NCBI GenBank assembly: GCA_028698185.1
Contig: JAQVDW010000013.1
Coordinates: 1-32,000, forward strand
Direction: 5' to 3'
Length of the DNA stretch: 32,000 bases
DNA from: Erysipelotrichaceae bacterium
GTDB lineage: Bacteria; Bacillota_I; Bacilli_A; Erysipelotrichales; Coprobacillaceae
Shown: positions 7,930-16,374 of the stretch, in pieces
How positions within the stretch are numbered: position 1 is the stretch's first letter
How the letters are laid out: every line of letters starts with the position of its first letter
Made by a program: the position numbers and the translations under genes
Notes under the pieces: model-generated
Database searches by the model: none
Told to the model about the DNA's origin: nothing
The model's input: only the letters and a program-made list of their open reading frames with translations

Positions 7930-8586
7930 CTAATTGGCTGATTGGACAGTCAGATTGAGCTTTTCCATTCCTGGTTGGAGACGGGGCATGATAAGATTTA
8001 GCAACGGTCCAAACAGAATCATCGCGATGACAGTCCCTTCACGGACCTGGATCGGATCGGCGAATGCCAATGAAAGACCCAGGGAAATCACGATGGCGGC
8101 CACATCCACCATTTGGCGCAAGGTTCCGAAGTTCTTGTTGAGCTTGTTGGCGATGACCATGCAACACGATTCGAGCGGGAATGTGACCAGGTTGACCGTC
8201 ATGATCACCGAAATCGCAATCGAACAGATGATAACCGATAGCAGCAACAGACCCAGGTTGATGGCGTAGCTGGTGATGGTGAAGCGGGCAAAGACATTAT
8301 AGATCATGAAGTTGACGACCCCGCCTAGCATCACTGATACCAGAACCTGGGAAGCATGGACGATTTTGAAGTCTTTTTTCAATATAGCCAGCTGGATGGC
8401 AACACAGGTGATGTTCATGATCATCGAGAAGGTTCCCACCTTCAGACCGATGACCTGGCAGACACTGATGCTCAGGGCATCCCAGGCCCCTACGCCAACT
8501 GCCGCCTTGATCCCAAGGCTGGCTCCCATGGCCGTTATGATCATCGCCGGGATGACAACTGCAAGTTTTTGGATTGTATTTTTCAT
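7930..8586 (-). CDS. YczE/YitT-like integral membrane protein
   Basis: 218 aa with about 6 hydrophobic helices. The N-terminal pattern GASLGIKAAVGVGAWDALSISVCQVIGLKVGTFS resembles the YczE-family motif (IKA-x-lG-x-x-x-WD). Family-level call only. Confidence 0.55.
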   Translation of the reverse strand: MKNTIQKLAVVIPAMIITAMGASLGIKAAVGVGAWDALSISVCQVIGLKVGTFSMIMNITCVAIQLAILKKDFKIVHASQVLVSVMLGGVVNFMIYNVFARFTITSYAINLGLLLLSVIICSIAISVIMTVNLVTFPLESCCMVIANKLNKNFGTLRQMVDVAAIVISLGLSLAFADPIQVREGTVIAMILFGPLLNLIMPRLQPGMEKLNLTVQSAN

Positions 8587-9204
8587 CGTTTCTCTCTCCT
8601 GATGATTGTTGTGGGCCAGCTTATTGGTGAGGGGTTGGTCCCGACCGATATCGGCCGGGATGCAACCGGTTTCTAAACTGACCAGGATATATTACCAAAA
8701 AACAGCTTCGGCTATCATATTTTTTCAAAATTTGAACGGCGTATCCCCTTACTCCGTCTGGCATAATTCCGATTGATGGATAAAAAGCATGGTCAGCTAT
8801 TCTTATGGACAAGCCAATGGCTTCACCGATTGGGGCGATGACCCATCGGTCGGAGCCGAGATGTCTTTGAATCACGACTTCACGGTATACGAAATAGAGG
8901 ATGAAAACCCGATATAGTCGACTGTCCCTTCGTCCGAGATTGGCTTGTCTTCTTGCAAATTTCGATGTTGAAATTCTTGCATTCTTACAGTTTTAAAGCG
9001 TAATCTGGATAGTGCCGCAACATTGGACGTCAGCGAAGATAAGGCAGTATGCATCACTTCCTAAACGAGCATGATATAATCAGGTCACCAACATAACGGA
9101 TAGATCGCCTTTCCGCCCTTTACAACCGGGGCGCTGGCGATCAGGCAGTTGTGTCCGGCGCTGTACCATTCAATATTGAACCGCAGATTCAATGTCGCCA
9201 CTTG

Positions 9205-9253
9205 TCTCTGGTTCAAAAAACAGCCGGTACCAAGCCCTTAATGATTGGACCTG
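9205..9253 (-). terminator. Intrinsic terminator after the DUF2892 gene
   Basis: Stem cagccgg/ccggctg (9247-9253/9211-9217 read on the minus strand) with inner ccaa/ttgg pairs. Followed by T6 (plus-strand A6 at 9205-9210). Located 24 nt after the stop. Confidence 0.5.
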
Positions 9254-9277
9254 AATTCCGGCTGATCTGATGATCGA

Positions 9278-9484
9278 TTATTTTTTTCTTTTGAGTCTAT
9301 TTGTGTCGATACCAAAAGGCATATAAAGCGGACAGAATCGGACCAAGCCTGTAACAATCATGATGGCTCCCAGCACGAGAAACAGCCAGCGGATATTTCC
9401 GGTCGTAATTCCAAACAAAGTAAGTACCAAAATTCCTCCGACTACGCGGATGGCCCGATCAGCTGGGCCGACATTCTTCTTCAT
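9278..9484 (-). CDS. DUF2892 (YgaP-like) small two-helix membrane protein
   Basis: 68 aa. VGPADRAIRVVGGILVL...GLVRFCPLY is the characteristic DUF2892 pattern (D-R-x-x-R ... G-x-x-x-F/W-C-P-x-Y). Confidence 0.7.
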   Translation of the reverse strand: MKKNVGPADRAIRVVGGILVLTLFGITTGNIRWLFLVLGAIMIVTGLVRFCPLYMPFGIDTNRLKRKK

Positions 9485-9883
9485 TTTCTTTTTCCTCCAT
9501 ATTTATGTTGAGCCATTTCTTTCAATGGACTGAATGCAACTATCACTTTCCTCACCTACATGTTAATCCCGATTGTACTCAGGTTAAAGCGACATGCTTA
9601 TTTTTTTCATATCTAATGATTTCGCCCGAGATTTTGGATCACCTTCACTCCAGTTGACAAATTCTGAAGATGGCCCCATAAGCGCTCCTGATCTATCGTT
9701 ACCCATATCCATTCTTTTTTTTTTGATAAAGATCATGAATTGTCATAGTAATTGCGCTCGGACATTTTTAGAAAAGGCATTTAGATTCCCCTGATTCGAA
9801 TTATTTAAATAAACATCCAATTATGTGATATACTTTAAGTGCTATTTATTATGAAACGAATCAATATCTGGAGGTTATGTTTG

Positions 9884-10807
9884 ATGAAGAAAATCAAGAA
9901 TGTTGCCATCATTGGAATGGGGGCCTTAGGGGTCATGTACGGCGGACTGATCAAGGAAAACCTGAAGGAAGGCAAGCTGTATTTTATCGGCGACCCAGCG
10001 CGGATCACCAGACTGGAAGAAGATCCGGTCTATTGCAATGGTATGCGATGCGACTTTGAGATGATCGATCCTACAATGAGCGACATCGATTTCGATCTGA
10101 TCATTGTCGCCGTCAAATCGACTGCGCTAAATAGTGCGGCGAAACTCGCAAAACCGCTGGTCAAGAAGGACACGGTTGTAATCTCCCTTCTCAATGGCAT
10201 TTCCAGCGAGGAATACCTCGAAGAACAGCTTGACCAGGGAACAGTCATCACCTGCATCGCCCAGGGAATGGATGCCCTGAAAATCGGTAATGAACTGACA
10301 TACACGAGACTGGGCCATCTATGCGTTGGCATCAGCCCAAGCGAAGCGCACAAGCAAGAACAGTTAACTCGCCTCCGGGACTTTTTTGAAGCGATGAAGA
10401 TACCCTCAACCCTGGAAGCGGACATCAATCACCGCGTCTGGGGCAAATGGATGCTCAATGTCGGGGTCAACCAGGTCGTAATGGTCATCAAGGGAACCTT
10501 CGCATCGGTCCAACATGAGGGACCGGCCCGCGATTTGATGATCGGGGCGATGAAGGAAGTGATCGAAGTCGCCAACGCCTCAGGGATAAATCTTGGCGAA
10601 GACGATCTTGAGGGCTATCTCGACCTGATCGCCACCCTGAATCCCGAAGGCATGCCTTCGATGGCCCAGGACGGTGTGGCCCGGCGCTACAGCGAAGTCG
10701 AGATGTTTTCGGGCACCGTGATCAAGAAAGCCCGGGCCCTGGGTATCCCGGTTCCCATCAATGAACAGCTTTATAGCCAGGTCAGACAAATCGAAAGCGA
10801 ATACTAG
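9884..10807 (+). CDS. panE: Ketopantoate reductase family protein (2-dehydropantoate 2-reductase, PanE/ApbA family)
   Basis: MKKIKNVAIIGMGALG gives a Rossmann GxGxxG motif at the N-terminus. Length is about 307 aa with an ApbA-like C-terminal half. GGAGG lies about 9 nt upstream of ATG 9884 (the ORF-track start at 9839 has no RBS). Extended -10 TGaTATACT at about 9824-9832. The symbol is family-level only. Confidence 0.7.
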   Translation: MKKIKNVAIIGMGALGVMYGGLIKENLKEGKLYFIGDPARITRLEEDPVYCNGMRCDFEMIDPTMSDIDFDLIIVAVKSTALNSAAKLAKPLVKKDTVVISLLNGISSEEYLEEQLDQGTVITCIAQGMDALKIGNELTYTRLGHLCVGISPSEAHKQEQLTRLRDFFEAMKIPSTLEADINHRVWGKWMLNVGVNQVVMVIKGTFASVQHEGPARDLMIGAMKEVIEVANASGINLGEDDLEGYLDLIATLNPEGMPSMAQDGVARRYSEVEMFSGTVIKKARALGIPVPINEQLYSQVRQIESEY

Positions 10808-10850
10808 ACCGATTGGCCATATCGATAATCAATCGAATACCCGGACAAAG

Positions 10851-10874
10851 CAAAGGCTAAACCTTTGTTTTTTT
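10851..10874 (+). terminator. Intrinsic terminator after panE-like gene
   Basis: Stem caaagg/cctttg with loop ctaaa, then T7 (10868-10874). Confidence 0.7.
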
Positions 10875-10895
10875 CTTTACCGCAATCAAAATCAA

Positions 10896-10949
10896 AAGCC
10901 GACGGGCCGGTTGGAATCATTGTCCAGGTGGCCTGTCGGCTTGATTTTT
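10896..10949 (-). terminator. Intrinsic terminator after LCP paralogue 1
   Basis: Long stem aagccgac-g-ggcc / ggcc-t-gtcggctt (10896-10908/10930-10942). T-rich tracts follow on both strands. Confidence 0.55.
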
Positions 10950-10958
10950 CACGTAGTC

Positions 10959-12512
10959 TTAAAGATTTGGAGTTTTTCCGGTGACAACAAGGTTGATGTT
11001 CGACCTTGCCGAACTGATCGATGACTTGTTCGGGATCATGACATAGAGGTTCCATCCCGGCATCGAGTAGGTCCGGGTCGAATATGATCCGCTGCCGCTT
11101 AGATACTGGTGGCGGATGTGCCATGATTCACCGCTATTTAGCTGTTCCTTGATGATCGAGGTGACCACTCCGGTTGGCACACTGGTCTGGCATGATCGCA
11201 TCACCACATTGAGCATGCTGTCATAGTTGGTCAAGATGGCTGGCGACATCGCCTTGTTGAGGATGCCCGCAAGGATGGTCTGCTGGTTCCTGATCCGCTG
11301 GTTGTCGCCGTTGGCATAGGCATAACGCTCCCTTGCGTAGACCAGGGCCTGGGCTCCGCCCATGCTGATCCACCCTACCGGGAAGGAATAGCCCCGGTTC
11401 GTAAACGCGATGCCGTTGTAGATGTTTATGCCGCCCAGGGCGTCAACGATGTTGATCAGCGAAGTGAAGTTGACCCGCATGTAATAGTCGATGTCGATAT
11501 TCAGGAAATCCTCGGCGGTCCGCAGCGATTCCCGTATGCCATAGATTCCCGCATGGGTAAACTTGTCCTTGACTCCGTAGGAATGCAAGGTGACGTAGTA
11601 ATCACGCGGAATGCTTGTAAGCAGGATCTCGTTGGTCTTTGTATTGACCGTCATGACCATGTTGACATCGGAGCGGGAAACCGTGTTGATGGCCCCGTAG
11701 GTGTCGATTCCGGAAATGAAGATCGAGAATGAGTTGCCGTCATTGACCGCCTTCTGTTCCACCGGTGCCGCGGGTGTTTCGGGTTCCTTTGGAGTATCAA
11801 CGGGCGACGGGGTTTCTGCCACCAGCTCCTGGGTCTCAGGTTCCTGGGTGGCTTCCGGTTCTTCGACTGCGGCCAGTTCCTCTTCTTCTTCGATCGCTTC
11901 CTGATATTCGAAAGTGTCGATGACTTTTGTTTCATCCTGGTATTGGGGATGCATCACTTCCATGAATCCCTCGTAGGCCTCGTCAAGGATGATTGCATCA
12001 CATTTGCCATCATATAGATCGGTGGTCAGCTGCTGGAAGGTCGCAACTTTCATCGCTTCGAACTCGACCTTCTCACCCAACAGTTCAAGGTATTGACCGT
12101 TGTAATAGGTTTCCACCTGGGACGAGTACTCGACCACCTTTCCCGCAAGATCCGCTACTGATTCGATCTCGCTTTCATAAAGGACCCGCAGGTTGAGCGT
12201 ATGGCTCTGGGTGTTGGAGTCGACGGTCAGCTGTGAAAGCGCCTGGTATGAGCGATAGAAATAGTAGTTTCCAGTCACCAGGGCGATATTGAGCGCAAAA
12301 ATGATCAGATCAAGGAAAATGCGGGATTTCCTGTCCTCATGGATGCGGCGGTTGATGGTATACGACACCACCAGTAAAACTGCCAGCAGGCCGACAAAAG
12401 GGACAAGATATTTGGTTGGCAAAACATTCAATTTGAATACTAAAGCGGCCATAATGACCGAAATGATCAGTTGGACAACTATCAGGATTGTCGTAAATTT
12501 CTTGCTTTTCAT
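10959..12512 (-). CDS. LCP (LytR-CpsA-Psr) family glycopolymer-peptidoglycan ligase, paralogue 1, with an acidic/Pro-rich insert
   Basis: N-terminal TM helix (MKSKKFTTILIVVQLIISVIMAALVF), then an accessory domain, then the LCP core (FSIFISGIDTYG...RSDVNMVMTVN...LLTSIPRDYYV...RERYAY..GDNQRIRNQQ). ATG 12512 aligns with the start of paralogue 2 and has a GAGGG RBS. The ORF-track start at 12542 adds 10 unaligned residues. Confidence 0.85.
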   Translation of the reverse strand: MKSKKFTTILIVVQLIISVIMAALVFKLNVLPTKYLVPFVGLLAVLLVVSYTINRRIHEDRKSRIFLDLIIFALNIALVTGNYYFYRSYQALSQLTVDSNTQSHTLNLRVLYESEIESVADLAGKVVEYSSQVETYYNGQYLELLGEKVEFEAMKVATFQQLTTDLYDGKCDAIILDEAYEGFMEVMHPQYQDETKVIDTFEYQEAIEEEEELAAVEEPEATQEPETQELVAETPSPVDTPKEPETPAAPVEQKAVNDGNSFSIFISGIDTYGAINTVSRSDVNMVMTVNTKTNEILLTSIPRDYYVTLHSYGVKDKFTHAGIYGIRESLRTAEDFLNIDIDYYMRVNFTSLINIVDALGGINIYNGIAFTNRGYSFPVGWISMGGAQALVYARERYAYANGDNQRIRNQQTILAGILNKAMSPAILTNYDSMLNVVMRSCQTSVPTGVVTSIIKEQLNSGESWHIRHQYLSGSGSYSTRTYSMPGWNLYVMIPNKSSISSARSNINLVVTGKTPNL

Positions 12513-12681
12513 AATATTCCCTCTTTCCCAATTCCCCAGCAAGCAATCACAATATTCAAATACTATAAGTCCATTTTACTCCAATGTGATACAACATGCA
12601 ACATGGATGGGCAACAATCAAGAAAATTGGGACAACCGCATCAAAGCCCGACTTTCATTTTGTGTTGTCATTATTGCAGCC

Positions 12682-12724
12682 AAAATGTCAAAAGGGATTG
12701 CCGGACCAAAGTCCCGGCAATCCC
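12682..12724 (-). terminator. Strong intrinsic terminator between the GT2 gene and LCP paralogue 1
   Basis: 11-bp stem gggattgccgg/ccggcaatccc (12694-12704/12714-12724) with a 9-nt loop. On the minus strand it is followed by TTTTgacatttt. Confidence 0.65.
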
Positions 12725-12775
12725 CCGATACCAACCTTCATACCTGGCAGCCAGTTTTCTCCGCCTTGCTAGTAA

Positions 12776-13744
12776 TCACCTGTTTGCCAGGCGATCCTTG
12801 AGCGAGCAGATGGCAAAAAACTTCCTTGAAAGCCAAGACACCAGAAGCAAAGCTTGCAACTGCAGGCGCCCAGTGAAACTCAGTGAATTGTAACTATGCA
12901 TCATTTCAATAATGTTGTTAATGTATACTCTTGAGTGGTTCAGATATTTGGCGTATTTCTGGTCGCTTAGCGCTTCCTTGTTTCGATAAACAAATGCCAA
13001 GGGCTTGGAGCAGCGTGACAGGCTGCTAAAAAAGTATCCTTTGCTTTCCAGCAAGTCCTGGAGCAGCAGCAGCTCCAACAGATTGAGCTCCATTTCATTT
13101 GAACTCGACATGATGCTCACCGGTCTTTGGCGGTAGCCAAAGGCGACAACCGGAAGGTATGCAATCTTGCCTGTCTTGAGAATCGAAAAGATAAGTCCCG
13201 TATCGTCGCAGAATGTCTTGGTCAGGTTCTCCAGGACGCTTCTTCTAAATACGAAACATGTGATATGGGCGTAGTAGCGGCTCCAAAACAAGGCATTGAA
13301 ACCAAGTGGGTAGTTCTTTAAAACATCCTTTTCCCCGCTGTCCCAGAACTTCATGTAGTTGGTATAACAAGCGCTGTACCCCGGATGCTTTTCAAGAAAA
13401 TCAATCTGCATCCTGCACTTGTTGTCAGCGACAAGCAGATCATCCCCTGACATTACCATCAGGTAGTCACCAGTCGCCAAAAAGAATCCTCTTTTAATCA
13501 CATTGGAAACCCTGAGGGAGGGAATGACATTCTGGGGATTGTTTCTTTCCATGACGAAATACCTGATGATTTCGGGATATTTTTCCTGATACTCCCGGAT
13601 GATGTCGATGCTGCCGTCGCTTGAGCCATCATCCCCGATGATTATTTCCAGTTCATGCCCCCCCTCTTGTTTCAAGCAGCTCTCAAGTGCCGCACCTAGA
13701 TACTTGGATTCATTGTATGATATTACAATTATTGATAATTTCAT
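12776..13744 (-). CDS. Glycosyltransferase family 2
   Basis: 322 aa. LSIIVISYNESKYL...IIIGDDGSSDGS...MSGDD is the GT-A/GT2 pattern, including the DxD-type motif. Confidence 0.85.
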   Translation of the reverse strand: MKLSIIVISYNESKYLGAALESCLKQEGGHELEIIIGDDGSSDGSIDIIREYQEKYPEIIRYFVMERNNPQNVIPSLRVSNVIKRGFFLATGDYLMVMSGDDLLVADNKCRMQIDFLEKHPGYSACYTNYMKFWDSGEKDVLKNYPLGFNALFWSRYYAHITCFVFRRSVLENLTKTFCDDTGLIFSILKTGKIAYLPVVAFGYRQRPVSIMSSSNEMELNLLELLLLQDLLESKGYFFSSLSRCSKPLAFVYRNKEALSDQKYAKYLNHSRVYINNIIEMMHSYNSLSFTGRLQLQALLLVSWLSRKFFAICSLKDRLANR

Positions 13745-13796
13745 TCGCCATTCTCCCTTTTTTTCGATGAATTCATTGTTTGGCTGATTGTTTCAG

Positions 13797-14669
13797 TTAC
13801 CTCTTTCCCATCTGCCCTTTCAAAAACGCCCCTATAGCTTCGGCCACTATCGCCGGGGAGAATTTGTTTGTGACGACCTTCTTGACCAGGAATGCAGTGG
13901 TAAACAGGTAGGCGGCTGGCTTCCAATGGAAGGGAATGAATCCTTTGACAAAAGCCAGGCGGTTTCTGGTGAAATAGTACTGGTAGAGATTCGAGAATTT
14001 TCCGGTCGATACGCATTCCTTGTGCAGGATGAAATTGTCGTTTTGATACATGATCCCATATCCCTTTTGGGTGATCATCCGCGAGTAGGCGGTGTCTTCA
14101 TAATACAAAAAATACTCCTCGGGCATCATCCCGACATGCTCAAGCACTTCGAGCGGGATAAGCATGCAGCAGCCATGGGCGAAGGTGATTTGAGATTTTG
14201 CTTGATAGCCCTCAGCTTGTTCACCGACGCCGTAGATGTTTACACCGCCCTTAAAAAACGAGACATCCCCACCGCCATACGAAATGACACCAGGATTGTA
14301 GTAGTCACGGATCTGGGGTGAAATCACAGCACCGGGATTGAGATGGGAAAATTCAACCAGCCGGGCCATGAAATCTTCCGGAGCGGTGGTGTCATTGTTG
14401 ATAAGCAGGACCCGGGCATATTTGTTTTTTAAAGCATATTCCAAGCCGATATTGTTACCCCCGGAAAAACCCAGATTGACATCGGACTTGACAACCATCA
14501 CCCTGGAATTGCAAATCCTCTCAAGCATAGCCACATCGTCGGGGTTGGATGCGTTGTCGACCACCATCAGATCGAAATCCTGCCTTGTCTGCCGGTCGAA
14601 TGATTCGAGACACTCTTTGGTGTGCACTGCCGAATTGTAATTGATGATGATAACTAATGTCTTATCCAT
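13797..14669 (-). CDS. Glycosyltransferase family 2 (rhamnosyltransferase-like subgroup)
   Basis: 290 aa. LVIIINYNS...MVVDNASNPDD...NLGFSGGNNIG...LLINNDT is typical of the WbbL/GT2_3-like subgroup. Confidence 0.8.
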   Translation of the reverse strand: MDKTLVIIINYNSAVHTKECLESFDRQTRQDFDLMVVDNASNPDDVAMLERICNSRVMVVKSDVNLGFSGGNNIGLEYALKNKYARVLLINNDTTAPEDFMARLVEFSHLNPGAVISPQIRDYYNPGVISYGGGDVSFFKGGVNIYGVGEQAEGYQAKSQITFAHGCCMLIPLEVLEHVGMMPEEYFLYYEDTAYSRMITQKGYGIMYQNDNFILHKECVSTGKFSNLYQYYFTRNRLAFVKGFIPFHWKPAAYLFTTAFLVKKVVTNKFSPAIVAEAIGAFLKGQMGKR

Positions 14670-14726
14670 ATTGTTCCCCTTAATATACTTGTTGCTGGAT
14701 ATTGTACATCCCTTCAGGGCACCTTT

Positions 14727-15803
14727 CTAGCGGGCCTTGATCCAGCTGTCATAAAGCCTGAAAAGATCGCTGGCGCACTTTTCAATGTCATAAATATCGC
14801 TTATCTTCGTCGTTTCCCTTATTTCGTTGCTTGCTGGCTTGAACCGGCCGATTGCCCCGGTCCACTCTTCTGTCTTTAAAGGCAGATAAGAGATATTGTC
14901 GGTGACCCGTGTCTCGAGAGGGACCCGGTCAGATGCCAAACACGTCAATCCCGAATATTGAGCCTCGATCAAGACCATACCCAGACCTTCCCAGTTTGAA
15001 GGGAAAGCGAAGAGGTCGAAGGCGCTGTAAAATCCGGTTACGTCGTTCTGGGCCGGTAAAACGATAATGTTGTCTCCCACTCCACAGCTTTTGGCATAGG
15101 TGATTACTTCATCTTTCAACCAGCCATCACCGATAAGCACCATCTTGTATCTTTGATTTTTCGAATCGAGGCTGCCAGCGACATCGATCAGGAATTTCTG
15201 GTTTTTCTGTTCGTTGAACTCCCCAATATGGCCGATCAGCAGGCAATCATCGTCTACACCAAGCCGATTCCTCATGCTTTTTCTAGCATCATTTGAAAAC
15301 AGATAGTCGCCACTGGTGATTCCATTGTTGATAACGGTGTATGGCGTATTTGTACCATACAGCCAGTCGCCGGCTTTGCTTGAGCAAGCGCATTTGTGAT
15401 TCGAAAGACTGAGCAGGAACGGCTTGAAAAAACTGTTGATGAACGGATGCGAACACGACGTGTTATGCGCGTGGACCACGGTTATGGTATGTCTTAAATT
15501 GAAGCAGGCGAACAGTTCGAGGGACATCGTCGAAGAGTTGCCATGGATATGGACAATGTCATACTTGTTGTTCTTGATCAGCGCCCGCAGTTTCTTGATG
15601 TAGCCTAAAAGATCACCTCTTTTTAACTCTCTGAGGTGCCCTTCCCCGCAATCTGTGAGCGTCCTTACAAATTCCCTGTCAAAATGGGAGGAGCAGATGT
15701 CGATTGCACAATCGTATTTATTAAGTTCGTTGTAATAGTTTCTAATGTGACATGGTATTCCCGTTTTGGAAAACGGAACCGTGCATATCAATAATATTTT
15801 CAT
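14727..15803 (-). CDS. Glycosyltransferase family 4 (GT-B, GT1/GT4 clan)
   Basis: 358 aa. The C-terminal motif FAFPSNWEGLGMVLIEAQYSGLTCLASD is the EX7E-type GT4 signature. Confidence 0.85.
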   Translation of the reverse strand: MKILLICTVPFSKTGIPCHIRNYYNELNKYDCAIDICSSHFDREFVRTLTDCGEGHLRELKRGDLLGYIKKLRALIKNNKYDIVHIHGNSSTMSLELFACFNLRHTITVVHAHNTSCSHPFINSFFKPFLLSLSNHKCACSSKAGDWLYGTNTPYTVINNGITSGDYLFSNDARKSMRNRLGVDDDCLLIGHIGEFNEQKNQKFLIDVAGSLDSKNQRYKMVLIGDGWLKDEVITYAKSCGVGDNIIVLPAQNDVTGFYSAFDLFAFPSNWEGLGMVLIEAQYSGLTCLASDRVPLETRVTDNISYLPLKTEEWTGAIGRFKPASNEIRETTKISDIYDIEKCASDLFRLYDSWIKAR

Positions 15804-15906
15804 AATCTTCCTCTACAATGTCAAATTGGTATTAGGACCAAGTCCTTCTTGATGGCCTTCCACCATTGGGCTTTTGATTTATACAAATGTCCATTATAAC
15901 TATTTA

Positions 15907-15935
15907 ATAGTATAATATCGGCATATTGGTGTCAA
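15907..15935 (-). promoter_or_regulatory. Candidate sigma-A promoter for the GT4-GT2-GT2 module
   Basis: Read on the minus strand: TTGACA (15935..15930), 17-nt spacer, TACTAT (15912..15907). About 100 nt upstream of the GT4 ATG. Confidence 0.3.
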
Positions 15936-16278
15936 CATCATTGGCCAAAAACATCCAGAGAAACATGAATATATTTGGACCTCAATAACCGGGCTGAGGA
16001 ACTGCAATTGGGCTCAAACCCGCGAATAATTGCAACGATCAAAGCAGGCCGACCACATTCGGGCTTTTTGTGATAGCAACCCGGGTTACACATTAAAAAC
16101 TGCTTATGGCGGATTGAAAGTTGCGCCATCATCAACAAACCTAACTGAATGAATTAATAGATTATTGATGGCATTATTGCATCCTCGATAATATTGTAAG
16201 ACAAGTTCCAAAAATCAAAATTATCCCCGGATCGGCCAAGACTTTGAACCAATGGGTATCCAGTGTTGCAAACAAATC

Positions 16279-16302
16279 TTGACACAATAGAAAACGTGTC
16301 AA
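16279..16302. promoter_or_regulatory. Perfect 7-bp inverted repeat TTGACAC-N10-GTGTCAA (operator-like) upstream of the acyltransferase promoter
   Basis: Seen directly in the sequence: ttgacac at 16279-16285 and gtgtcaa at 16296-16302. It lies 17 nt upstream of the predicted -35. Confidence 0.25.
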
Positions 16303-16318
16303 CATGGCACTAAACACC

Positions 16319-16347
16319 TTCAAAAATCATCTTATATGTGTTATATT
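16319..16347 (+). promoter_or_regulatory. Candidate promoter of the acyltransferase gene
   Basis: TTCAAA (16319-16324), 17-nt spacer ending in TGt, TATATT (16342-16347). The -10 sits 4 nt before the ORF-track ATG at 16351, which argues for the downstream TTG start. Confidence 0.4.
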
Positions 16348-16374
16348 TAGATGGTATTGGGAGGGGGAATTGTT

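Noticed and set aside
8621-9057. Two minus-strand ORFs (84 aa and 61 aa) upstream of the YczE-like gene.
   Set aside because: They have no RBS and no recognisable family. They overlap each other in different frames, and the upstream one continues the frame of a stop-interrupted stretch. I treated them as probable pseudogene debris or leader sequence rather than genes.
9061-9204. Possible T-box or other riboswitch upstream of the YczE-like gene (gcgctgtaccatt looked vaguely like the T-box core).
   Set aside because: The conserved T-box sequence (AAnnnGGGTGGTACCGCG on the sense strand) is not present on either strand. No specifier-loop/antiterminator architecture could be drawn.
15938-16138. 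66-aa minus-strand ORF in the divergent intergenic region between the GT4 and acyltransferase genes.
   Set aside because: It has no RBS and a Cys/Arg-rich, unfamiliar sequence. It sits in a promoter region and is more likely non-coding.
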